This document shows, in pieces, positions 18,345-26,331 of a stretch of 30,648 nucleotides of DNA. Within the stretch, counting starts at the first letter, position 1. Each line of letters starts with the position of its first letter. Source of the DNA: a bacterium (lineage in GTDB: Bacteria; Sysuimicrobiota; Sysuimicrobiia; Sysuimicrobiales; Humicultoraceae); contig JBGQGY010000031.1 of NCBI GenBank assembly GCA_041497675.1, positions 1 to 30,648 on the forward strand, given 5' to 3'. The notes beneath the pieces were generated by a model. It did not search any database. It had not been told where the DNA came from and saw only the letters and a list, made by a program, of their open reading frames with translations. The position numbers and the translations under genes were made by a program.

Positions 18345-18872
18345 ATGGCGCGGGGGATTTTTGCGATTAGCCTGCTCGTCGTGCTCGGCGTGGCGATGTC
18401 CGCCGGCGCCCAGTCGGCGCAGAACCCGGCGGGGCCGGCGAACTGGATCGTCATCCCCGGGACGGCGATTGGCGATATCCAGCTCGGCATGAACCAGCAG
18501 CAGGTGCTCAACCGTCTTGGCATGCCCGATGAAATTTCGAACGACCGCGGCGGCGACGGCGGTCTGAATATCTACTGGGTCTACCCACAGGGCGACCGGT
18601 CGGTCTTGGTGGTGTCCTGGACCAAACGCCAGGGCGAGACCGGGGGTGTGGATTTTGTCTTCACCGATCACGTGCGGTTCGTCACCAACAGAGGCGTCTC
18701 CCTGAGCAACTCCACGTTCAAAGATCTGCTCCAGCAGTACGGCGCGCCCGAGCGCATGTCGGGTTTGGGCCGCGGTGCCGTGATGTTCTACTACGAAGGG
18801 CAGGGCGTCCGGTTCCGTGTGGAAGGTGACCAGGGCAAAGTGTCGGCGGTCACGGTGGTGCCGAAGAAGTAG
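18345..18872 (+). CDS. Secreted hypothetical protein with two BLIP/BamE-like repeats
   Basis: ATG 18345 after a purine-rich RBS; signal peptide ending AGA-Q; internal repeat IQLGMNQQQVLNRLGMPDE / VSLSNSTFKDLLQQYGAPER. Confidence 0.75.
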   Translation: MARGIFAISLLVVLGVAMSAGAQSAQNPAGPANWIVIPGTAIGDIQLGMNQQQVLNRLGMPDEISNDRGGDGGLNIYWVYPQGDRSVLVVSWTKRQGETGGVDFVFTDHVRFVTNRGVSLSNSTFKDLLQQYGAPERMSGLGRGAVMFYYEGQGVRFRVEGDQGKVSAVTVVPKK

Positions 18873-18911
18873 TTCACAGGGCGGTGCCGGTCCGTCCGGA
18901 GGTGGAAGACG

Positions 18912-19874
18912 ATGACAGGTGTGCGGTACGGTGTGGTTTTCGTTGTCGCTCTCGTGCTCGCGTTCGGCGCCGGTGGGTGGTATCCGCACCCGGCGGCCGG
19001 CGAGACGAGCCTGGTGCTGGCGTTCGTGCCGTCGCAGGATGCGCGTCGCGTGCTGGACACCGGAAGCACGCTCGGAAGGATGTTGGAAGTCGCCACGGGG
19101 TACAAGGTCCGGGCCGAGGTGCCGACCAGCTACGCCGCCACGATCGAAGCGATGTGCGCTGGTCGTGTAGATGTCGGCTTTCTGGCGACGTTTGCCTACG
19201 TACTTGCCCACCAGCGCTGTGGTGTCGACGTGGGGCTGGTGAGCATCCGTCAGGACAAGCCATTCTACGTGTCTCAGATTCTCTACAGGGCCGAGTTGAA
19301 TGCCAAGACCCTGAACGATCTGCGCGGCAAGCGGTTTGCCTTCGTCGACGCCGCTTCGGCCTCCGGATACCTCTTCCCAGCAGCGCTCCTGAAGAAGAAC
19401 GGTATCGACCCGGACCGGTTCTTCAGCCAGGTCGTCTTCGCAGGTGGCCATGACAAGGTGGTACTGGCCATTTACCAGGGCTCGGTCGACGCGGGGGCTA
19501 CTTTCGGCGATCCAGACAATCCTGCCTTCGAGGCGCGCGACCGCGTCGTCAGACAGTACCCAGACGTCAGGGACAAGGTCAAGGTTCTCATGTACACTGA
19601 TCCCATCCCGAACGACACGGTCTCCTTCCGCCGTGGTCTTCCCGACGAAGTCCGTGAGAAGACGATCAAGGCGCTGTTCAACATCGCCAAGACTGCGCCA
19701 GGCAAGGAGACCATCTACGCACTCTACCAGCATGAGGGCTATGCTGACTTGGCGGCGCTTAAGACCACTTACAAGCTCTCCCAGCTCAGGTCGTTTGATG
19801 AATACTTCCAGTCGGTACGGGATGCCGCCAAGATGCTCGGTCTCAATCTTGAGGAGCTGATCCGACCCCGCTAG
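18912..19874 (+). CDS. phnD: Phosphate/phosphite/phosphonate ABC substrate-binding protein
   Basis: RBS GGAGGTG; signal peptide; SYAATIEAM, LRGKRFAFVDAASASGYLFP, AGGHD, PIPND motifs. Confidence 0.88.
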   Translation: MTGVRYGVVFVVALVLAFGAGGWYPHPAAGETSLVLAFVPSQDARRVLDTGSTLGRMLEVATGYKVRAEVPTSYAATIEAMCAGRVDVGFLATFAYVLAHQRCGVDVGLVSIRQDKPFYVSQILYRAELNAKTLNDLRGKRFAFVDAASASGYLFPAALLKKNGIDPDRFFSQVVFAGGHDKVVLAIYQGSVDAGATFGDPDNPAFEARDRVVRQYPDVRDKVKVLMYTDPIPNDTVSFRRGLPDEVREKTIKALFNIAKTAPGKETIYALYQHEGYADLAALKTTYKLSQLRSFDEYFQSVRDAAKMLGLNLEELIRPR

Positions 19875-19898
19875 CGTGGCCGGGGTCGTAGCGAAGTA

Positions 19899-19936
19899 AC
19901 AACGAGGGAGAGGATGATGAGCCTCTCCCTCGTTGT
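19899..19936 (+). terminator. Perfect 15-bp hairpin between phnD and phnC (attenuator or mRNA stabiliser)
   Basis: ACAACGAGGGAGAGG (19899-19913), 8-nt loop, CCTCTCCCTCGTTGT (19922-19936); only a broken U-tract follows. Confidence 0.65.
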
Positions 19937-19957
19937 CTGTCGTCTCAAGGAGAGGCT

Positions 19958-20728
19958 ATGCCGGGAGCCGCGGTTCGCATCGAGCATCTTTCGAAGACGT
20001 ATCCAGACGGTACGCGGGCCCTGAAGGATATCTCGTTTTCTGTGCGGCCCGGAGAGTTCCTGATCATCATCGGGTTGTCCGGCTCCGGGAAATCCACCTT
20101 AATGCGGTGCATCAACCGGCTCATCGAGCCGACGAGTGGCAAGGTCTACATCGACGACGTCGACGTGACGGCGATGGCGCCTGACGATCTGCGCCGGCTG
20201 CGCCGGCAAATCGGCATGATCTTCCAGCACTTCAATCTGATCAAGCGGTCGTCGGTCATCACGAACGTGCTGGCCGGCCGGCTCGGGTACGTGCCGTCGT
20301 CGTGGGCGCTGACCAATCACTGGCCGCGCGAACTACGCGAGACGGCGGCAAGACACCTGGCCACTGTTGGCATCCCCGAGAAGGCGCATACCCGCGCCGA
20401 CCAACTATCTGGTGGGCAGCAGCAGCGTGTCGGTATTGCGCGCGCCTTGATGCAGGATCCGAAGGTGATTCTGGCAGACGAACCGGTCGCCAGCCTGGAT
20501 CCCGCGACGTCTCACTCGGTGCTGCAGTACATTGAGGCCCTCAACCGTCGTGACGGTGTCACGGTGATGTGCAGCCTACACTTTCTGAGCCTGGCGCGCC
20601 GGTACGGGACCCGGCTCATCGCGCTGAAGGCCGGCGAGATCGTCTTCGAAGGGGAGCCATCGGAGGTTGACGAGCGGCGCTTCAAGGAGATCTTCGGCGA
20701 AGAGGCCGTCGAGGTGGAGATTCGCTAG
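19958..20728 (+). CDS. phnC: Phosphonate ABC transporter ATPase
   Basis: [36 protein letters not shown] and [12 protein letters not shown] motifs. Confidence 0.93.
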   Translation: MPGAAVRIEHLSKTYPDGTRALKDISFSVRPGEFLIIIGLSGSGKSTLMRCINRLIEPTSGKVYIDDVDVTAMAPDDLRRLRRQIGMIFQHFNLIKRSSVITNVLAGRLGYVPSSWALTNHWPRELRETAARHLATVGIPEKAHTRADQLSGGQQQRVGIARALMQDPKVILADEPVASLDPATSHSVLQYIEALNRRDGVTVMCSLHFLSLARRYGTRLIALKAGEIVFEGEPSEVDERRFKEIFGEEAVEVEIR

Positions 20729-20763
20729 GCCCTACCGCGCCGGGGCAGAGTGGAGGGGTAAGG

Positions 20764-21930
20764 ATGGGGCAGAACGCCACGGCACGCATGCCGCAGGTCC
20801 CTGAGGTGCCACGCCCAGGAACGGGGACGCTGAGGCTCATTCTCTGGTTGGTGGCGCTCGTGGCGATCTACGCCTACGGGTGGCGGGTCACCCAGATCAA
20901 CCTCATCGAGATGGCGACGAAGTGGCACCTGGCCAAGCCGTTGCTGAGCGACCTACTGCATCCTGATCTGCTAGACCGGTACCCGTTGCGCCAGATAGCG
21001 GAGGCTGGGATCGGCCTGGACGGTACGCCCCCGCCGCCGTCGGCGCCGGCCGCCGGTCCAGGCCGGGTGAGTCTGAGCACGACGTCTACGAAGATTGGCG
21101 GGCAGATCACGGTGACGGGAGAAGGCTTCGCGCCCTCTCGCCCGGTCGAACTCATCTGGCGGGACCAGGCCGGTGCGACGGCGTCGATTGCGAAGTTGAC
21201 GACCGACACGTCGGGGCGCTTCCAGACCACAATCACCGTCCCCAACGTCATTGGGACGGAGCACGCATTGGTTGCGCAGGTGACCCTTGAGGGTAGCCGT
21301 CTCGGCCCGAGCGATGCGATGAAACGCACAGCCTTCCGCATGGTCGAGACCGTGTTTCTGGCCCTGATGGGCACCACGCTGGCAATCGTCGTGGCGGTTC
21401 CGCTGTCGTTCCTGGGGGCCAAGAACCTGATGTCCCGGAGCCGTCTCAGTCTTTGGATCTACTATGCCGTCAGGACCGCGATGAACATCGCGCGGTCGGT
21501 CGAACCGCTGATCATCGCAACGGTCTTCGCCGTCTGGGTTGGGATCGGTCCGTTCGCCGGCGTGCTGGCACTGGCCCTGCATTCGATCGCCTCGCTGGGC
21601 AAGCTGTACTCCGAGCAGATCGAGTCGATCGACGCAGGGCCGATCGAGGCGATCACGGCCACCGGGGCGTCGATGTTCCAAATCGTCCGCTACGCGGTCG
21701 TTCCTCAGATCGTTCCGCCGTTTATTGCGTTTACGATCTACCGGTGGGACATCAACGTGCGCATGTCGACGATCATCGGTTTCGTCGGCGGCGGCGGGCT
21801 GGGGTTTCTGCTCCTCCAGTACATCCAGTTGCTCCTCTGGCAGCAGGCCTCGACCGCAATCCTGGGGATTGTCTTGATCGTGGCCGCGATGGACGTTCTC
21901 AGCTCGAAGGTGCGCGAGAAGGTCGTGTGA
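20764..21930 (+). CDS. phnE: Phosphonate ABC permease PhnE with inserted extracytoplasmic Ig-like domain
   Basis: C-terminal ETVFLALMGT, GPFAGVLAL, GKLYSEQIESIDAGPIEA, YRWDINVR and GGGGLG motifs; extra beta-rich segment after the first TM. Confidence 0.88.
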   Translation: MGQNATARMPQVPEVPRPGTGTLRLILWLVALVAIYAYGWRVTQINLIEMATKWHLAKPLLSDLLHPDLLDRYPLRQIAEAGIGLDGTPPPPSAPAAGPGRVSLSTTSTKIGGQITVTGEGFAPSRPVELIWRDQAGATASIAKLTTDTSGRFQTTITVPNVIGTEHALVAQVTLEGSRLGPSDAMKRTAFRMVETVFLALMGTTLAIVVAVPLSFLGAKNLMSRSRLSLWIYYAVRTAMNIARSVEPLIIATVFAVWVGIGPFAGVLALALHSIASLGKLYSEQIESIDAGPIEAITATGASMFQIVRYAVVPQIVPPFIAFTIYRWDINVRMSTIIGFVGGGGLGFLLLQYIQLLLWQQASTAILGIVLIVAAMDVLSSKVREKVV

Positions 21931-22736
21931 TTCCCGCACTGCCCGATGGCTGGCGCTGGGAGGCCCGCGACGGGCTTCGCCTCCTCGTCTCCACGCGGTT
22001 TGTGGACCTGCACGTCGTCCACGCGTTTACCACCCGTGTCGGGGGGACGAGTCATCCCCCGTTCGATGCCCTGAACCTCAGCCGCGGCGTGGGTGACACG
22101 CCGGCCGCGGTCGCGGCGAACCGGGCCCGCGTGCTCGAAGCACTTGGGCACGTCCCCGATGATCACGTGGACGCCGCGCAGGTGCACGGCGCTGAGGTCG
22201 CGGAGGCCGCCGCCGCGCATCGCGGAACGACGATCGACAGAGCAGACGGGCTGGTGGCACGCGACCCCAACGTCGTGCTCGCGGTCCATTGCGCGGACTG
22301 CGTGCCGCTGCTGTTTGTCGACGCGCGGCGAGGGGCGGTGGCCGCCCTTCATACCGGGTGGCGAGGGACGGCGGCCGGCGCGGCACAGGCGGCGGTCAAA
22401 GCGTTGCGCGACATGTACGGCACCGACCCTCGCGATCTGATCGCCGCCATCGGCCCAGCGATCGGCCCGTGTTGCTATGAGGTCGACGCACCGGTGTACG
22501 ATCGATTTGCGCCGTGGCCGTGGCGCGACCGCGTGTTTGCGCCGGCGCGGCCGGGGCACTGGCGTCTCGATCTCTGGGCGGCCAACCGGTGCCAGTTGGA
22601 AGCGGCGGGGCTTTCGGCCGGCGCGATCGTGAGCGTCGATCTGTGCACGGCGGACCACCGCGCGTTGTTTTACTCCCACCGTCGCGACGGCAAGACCGGC
22701 CATATGGCGGCGCTGATCGCCTCGCCGGCGCGCTGA
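21927..22736 (+). CDS. pgeF: Peptidoglycan editing factor / purine nucleoside phosphorylase PgeF (YfiH/YlmD)
   Basis: GTG 21927 overlaps the phnE stop. HAFTTRVGG, LNL, QVHG, ADG, ADCVP, HTGWRG, IGPAIGPCCYEV and FYSHRR motifs. Confidence 0.93.
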   Translation: MIPALPDGWRWEARDGLRLLVSTRFVDLHVVHAFTTRVGGTSHPPFDALNLSRGVGDTPAAVAANRARVLEALGHVPDDHVDAAQVHGAEVAEAAAAHRGTTIDRADGLVARDPNVVLAVHCADCVPLLFVDARRGAVAALHTGWRGTAAGAAQAAVKALRDMYGTDPRDLIAAIGPAIGPCCYEVDAPVYDRFAPWPWRDRVFAPARPGHWRLDLWAANRCQLEAAGLSAGAIVSVDLCTADHRALFYSHRRDGKTGHMAALIASPAR

Positions 22737-22746
22737 ACACCCCTCG

Positions 22747-22774
22747 CAAGGGTTTGATGGTTTCCAAACCGAAT
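22747..22774 (+). promoter_or_regulatory. Second putative SigH-type promoter (for yggS-sepF)
   Basis: CAAGGGTTT-N12-ACCGAAT in an AT-richer gap between pgeF and yggS; two mismatches to consensus. Confidence 0.35.
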
Positions 22775-22786
22775 ACCGGGTCTGGC

Positions 22787-23470
22787 GTGTCGGGCGTGGA
22801 AGAACGTCTCGAGGTGGTTCGGCGGCGCATCGCCCGCGCTGCCGCCGGGGCCGGCCGTGATCCGGCCTCGATCACGCTGATCGGCGCCACGAAGAGCGTC
22901 GACGTTGATCGGGTGCGCGCGGCGTTTCACGCGGGACTGCGGGACTTCGGCGAGAACCGCGTGCAGGAGGCGTTGCCGAAGATCGCCGCTGTCGGCGCGG
23001 GGCCGCGATGGCACCTCATCGGGCACTTGCAGCGTAACAAGGCGCGGCAGGCGGTCGGCGCGTTTGGCGTCATCCATTCGATCGACACGGTCGCGCTCGC
23101 CGAGACCCTGGACCGCGCGGCGCGTCTAACCGGCCGGCGGGTCTCGGTGCTGATCGAAGTGAACGTCGGTGGTGAGGCGACCAAGTTCGGTGTCGCCCCA
23201 GAGGCGATGGAGGGTCTGGTCGGGGCGCTTGGTGCCTGCGAGTGGGTGCAGCCGGTCGGGTTGATGACGGTCGCGCCCCCGGCCCAAGATCCGCAGGTCG
23301 TGCGTCCCGTGTTTCGGACCCTGCGCGAGCTGCGCGACCGATTGCAGCGTCAGCTGGGCGGCACGTTTCGAGAGTTGTCGATGGGCATGTCGCACGACTT
23401 TGAGGTTGCGGTCGAAGAAGGCGCTACAATGGTGAGAATCGGCCGCGCGATCTTTGGCGAGCGCGTGTGA
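22787..23470 (+). CDS. yggS: PLP homeostasis protein YggS/YlmE
   Basis: ATKS, FGENRVQE, WHLIGHLQRNK, HSID, GLMT and LSMGMSHDFEVAVEEGATMVRIGRAIFG motifs. GTG 22787 gives a typical N-terminus; ATG 22757 is an alternative start. Confidence 0.93.
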   Translation: MSGVEERLEVVRRRIARAAAGAGRDPASITLIGATKSVDVDRVRAAFHAGLRDFGENRVQEALPKIAAVGAGPRWHLIGHLQRNKARQAVGAFGVIHSIDTVALAETLDRAARLTGRRVSVLIEVNVGGEATKFGVAPEAMEGLVGALGACEWVQPVGLMTVAPPAQDPQVVRPVFRTLRELRDRLQRQLGGTFRELSMGMSHDFEVAVEEGATMVRIGRAIFGERV

Positions 23471-23525
23471 CGACGGCCACGGGAGAGGCCACGTCCAGGG
23501 GGGAGGCGCCAGCGGGAGGTGTGAG

Positions 23526-23921
23526 GTGAGCGCGATGCAGCGATTGTGGTCGTTTTTGGGTTTCACCGAGGAAGAGACGGACGGCGTGACGGAGGACGAG
23601 CCGCGGCGTCGCCGGACGCCGGTGTTCAGCCTCCACACGAATCGGGCCATGGAGATCGTCGTCCTCGAGCCGCACAGCTTCGATGAGGCGCGCGCTGGGG
23701 CCGATCACCTGAAGTCCCGGCGTCCCGTCATCGTCAATCTCAAGGACACGGATCGGGACCTGGCCAAGCGGATCGTCGATTTTACGTGTGGGGTCACCTA
23801 CGCGGTTGACGGCCAGATGCAGCGGATCGGCGATGAAATCTTCTTGTTTACGCCGAGCACCGTGACCGTGCTGGCCGAGGCGACGCAGGAAGGCCCGCGC
23901 GCGCTCTTCCCGATGGTCTGA
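23526..23921 (+). CDS. sepF: Cell division protein SepF
   Basis: RBS GGAGGT; N-terminal amphipathic RLWSFLGF; EPHSFDEA, VIVNL, AKRIVDF-x-x-G, IFLFTP motifs. Start is GTG 23526 or ATG 23535. Confidence 0.93.
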   Translation: MSAMQRLWSFLGFTEEETDGVTEDEPRRRRTPVFSLHTNRAMEIVVLEPHSFDEARAGADHLKSRRPVIVNLKDTDRDLAKRIVDFTCGVTYAVDGQMQRIGDEIFLFTPSTVTVLAEATQEGPRALFPMV

Positions 23922-23936
23922 GACCGCTGGGCCGGC

Positions 23937-24977
23937 ATGAGAACCGTCTGGTTCGAGAACGGCGCTGTCTGTCTCGTCGACCAGACCCGGCTGCCGCACG
24001 AGACCGTCGTCGTCGCCTGCCAGACGACCGACGCGCTCGCCGAAGCCATCCGCGTCCTCCGTATCCGTGGGGCGCCGGCCATCGGCGTCGCGGCTGCCTA
24101 CGGTATCGCCCAGGCCGCCGCGCAGGCGTCATCCCTCCCGGCGGAGCGCTCTCTCGCCGCTGTCCAATCGGCGGCGAGCTTGCTCGCCGCCACGCGTCCC
24201 ACAGCAGTCAACCTCCGTTGGGCTGTGGACCGGATGCTGGCCCTGGCCCGGCGGATCGCCGATCCCGTCGATCGCGCTCGGCAGCTCGCCGCGGAAGCCG
24301 ACGCTATCGCCGCCGAGGATCAGGCCGCGAACCTGGCGATCGGGCGGTTCGGTGCCGAACAGATCCGGCCCGGTGAACGCGTCCTGACCTACTGCCACAC
24401 CGGAGGGCTCGCCACCGCCGGCTACGGTACCGCGTTTGGCATCCTGAGGGCCGCGCACGAGGCCGCCAAGGGCATTCGGGTCATCGTGTGCGAAACACGC
24501 CCGGTGCTCCAGGGCGCCCGTCTGACGGCTTGGGAACTGAAGACGCTGGGGATCCCGTTCACCCTGATCACCGACAATGCCGCGGGCGCCCTGATGTCCC
24601 GTGGTGAGGTCGACCGCGTGATCGTCGGGGCCGACCGGATTGCCGCCAACGGCGACGTCGCCAACAAGATCGGCACCTATACACTGGCGGTCCTGGCCGG
24701 GGCGCACGGGATTCCGTTTCTGGTGGCCGCGCCCACGTCGACCATCGATCTGCAGATGCCGGCCGGCGCCGCGATTCCCATCGAGGAGCGCGCGGCTGCG
24801 GAAGTCACACACGCCGCCGGACGGCAAATCGCCCCGGACGGCGTGACTGTTCGTAATCCCGCCTTCGACATCACCCCGGCGCGTCTGATTACCGCCATCG
24901 TGACCGAGGCGGGCGTCGCACATCCGCCCTACGAGCGCCGTCTGGCCGAGATGGTCGCCGCGGGCGTGAAGCGATAG
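23937..24977 (+). CDS. mtnA: S-methyl-5-thioribose-1-phosphate isomerase
   Basis: DQTRLP, IRGAPAIG, RPTAVNL, LT-x-C, ETRP-x-x-QGARLTAWEL, GADRIAANGDVANKIGTY and NPAFDITP motifs. Confidence 0.93.
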   Translation: MRTVWFENGAVCLVDQTRLPHETVVVACQTTDALAEAIRVLRIRGAPAIGVAAAYGIAQAAAQASSLPAERSLAAVQSAASLLAATRPTAVNLRWAVDRMLALARRIADPVDRARQLAAEADAIAAEDQAANLAIGRFGAEQIRPGERVLTYCHTGGLATAGYGTAFGILRAAHEAAKGIRVIVCETRPVLQGARLTAWELKTLGIPFTLITDNAAGALMSRGEVDRVIVGADRIAANGDVANKIGTYTLAVLAGAHGIPFLVAAPTSTIDLQMPAGAAIPIEERAAAEVTHAAGRQIAPDGVTVRNPAFDITPARLITAIVTEAGVAHPPYERRLAEMVAAGVKR

Positions 24978-24978
24978 G

Positions 24979-26331
24979 ATGATCGCTCGATCACCCGCAC
25001 GCCGGCATCTCGTCCTGGCGTCGTTGGCAGCGATCTGGACGGTCGGCGTCGTGCAAAGCATCAGCTACCGAGAGACGGCGGGGGTGCGCCACTACGTGGT
25101 GCACCTGGCGTGGCTGCAGGGCCTGTTTCTGGTGCTGGCAGTCTTCGGTGGCGCCGTCTTGCTGCTGGGTATTTTGCGCCACCGTCCGGCTCCCGGTCGC
25201 TGGCGCCAACTTCCGATGGTCAGCATCGTCATTCCCGCCAAAGATGAAGTGCGGGTGATCGAAGGCGCGATCCGCAGCGCGTGCGCGCAGGCGTACGCCG
25301 GCGGCGTCGAAGTGATCGCCGTTGACGACTGGTCGACCGACGGCACGGGCACGCTGCTGGACCGCCTGCAGGCCGAACTGGCGCTCACCGTCGTGCGGAC
25401 CCCACCGGGCAGCATCGGCAAAGCCGAAGCGCTCGAGGCGGGGATCGCCGCAAGCCGCGGCGAGTTGATCGCCGTTTTTGACGCCGACGCGCGGATTGCG
25501 CCGGACCTCATCGGGCGGATGGTGCCGCACCTGGCCGATGCGACCGTCGCCGCCGTGCAGGGGCGCCGCCTCATCTACAACGCGCGGCGCAACATCCTCA
25601 CGCGTTTCCAAGAGGACGAGTACCGCATCTTTCAAACTCTCCTACAGCGGGCCCGTCAGGCCGTGGGCGGGTTTGTCTGTCTGGCCGGCAACGGTCTGAT
25701 CGTCAAACGCGACTCGCTGCGGTCGGTCGGCGGTTGGAACGCCCAGGCATTGACCGAGGACATCGATCTGTCCGTGCGTCTGACGTTGGCGGGATGGGAG
25801 ATCCGTTACTGTTACGACGCCGAGATCTGGGAAGAAGGTGTCGTGACGCTTCGCGACCTGTTGCGCCAGCGCGAGCGGTGGTTCGAAGGGGCGCTGGTGT
25901 GTTTTGGCGACTATCTTCCACGGATTGTCGTCGGCAAGGTGCCGCTGCTCCGCAAGACCGACATGGTGTTTTTCCTATCGGGGGCGCTCGTCAGCGTGCT
26001 GGTCGCGCTGACCGGTTACGTGTACGGGCTGATCAAGCTGCTGCACGAGGCCGTGGTCTTCATCCAGATCCCCGCATCGATCATGGCCACGGCGTCGGGG
26101 ATCCTGACCGTGGCCCTGCTGGCCGCGATCACGGCCGAGGCCGGGTGGCACCCCGGCCGTCTCGGCGGCGTGCTGGCGCGCTGGACGCTGTTTTCGTTCC
26201 ATACCCTGGTGATCGTCCCGATGGCGATCCGGCGTTACGTGTACAGCGCGATCACGGGTGCTCGCGACTGGCGGAAGACGGCACACGAAGGCGCCGCGGC
26301 GCACGGGGGCGCCGGGACTAACAGAGGCTGA
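24979..26331 (+). CDS. Membrane GT2 family glycosyltransferase (D,D,D,QxxRW type)
   Basis: SIVIPAKDE, VDDWSTDGT, GKAEAL, FDAD, LTEDIDL and QRERW motifs; TM helices at both ends. Confidence 0.88.
   Translation: MIARSPARRHLVLASLAAIWTVGVVQSISYRETAGVRHYVVHLAWLQGLFLVLAVFGGAVLLLGILRHRPAPGRWRQLPMVSIVIPAKDEVRVIEGAIRSACAQAYAGGVEVIAVDDWSTDGTGTLLDRLQAELALTVVRTPPGSIGKAEALEAGIAASRGELIAVFDADARIAPDLIGRMVPHLADATVAAVQGRRLIYNARRNILTRFQEDEYRIFQTLLQRARQAVGGFVCLAGNGLIVKRDSLRSVGGWNAQALTEDIDLSVRLTLAGWEIRYCYDAEIWEEGVVTLRDLLRQRERWFEGALVCFGDYLPRIVVGKVPLLRKTDMVFFLSGALVSVLVALTGYVYGLIKLLHEAVVFIQIPASIMATASGILTVALLAAITAEAGWHPGRLGGVLARWTLFSFHTLVIVPMAIRRYVYSAITGARDWRKTAHEGAAAHGGAGTNRG

Noticed and set aside
21453..21926. 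Apparent long N-terminal extension of PgeF
   Set aside because: Alternate frame inside phnE; GTG 21927 coupled to the phnE stop gives a normal-length protein. The same applies to the track starts of murD, ftsW, ftsZ, yggS and sepF.
23400..23430. TACAAT in the yggS 3' end as an internal sepF promoter
   Set aside because: No -35 at a suitable spacing or extended TG, and it falls in the conserved GATMVRIG coding motif; the A/T-rich codons are only suggestive.
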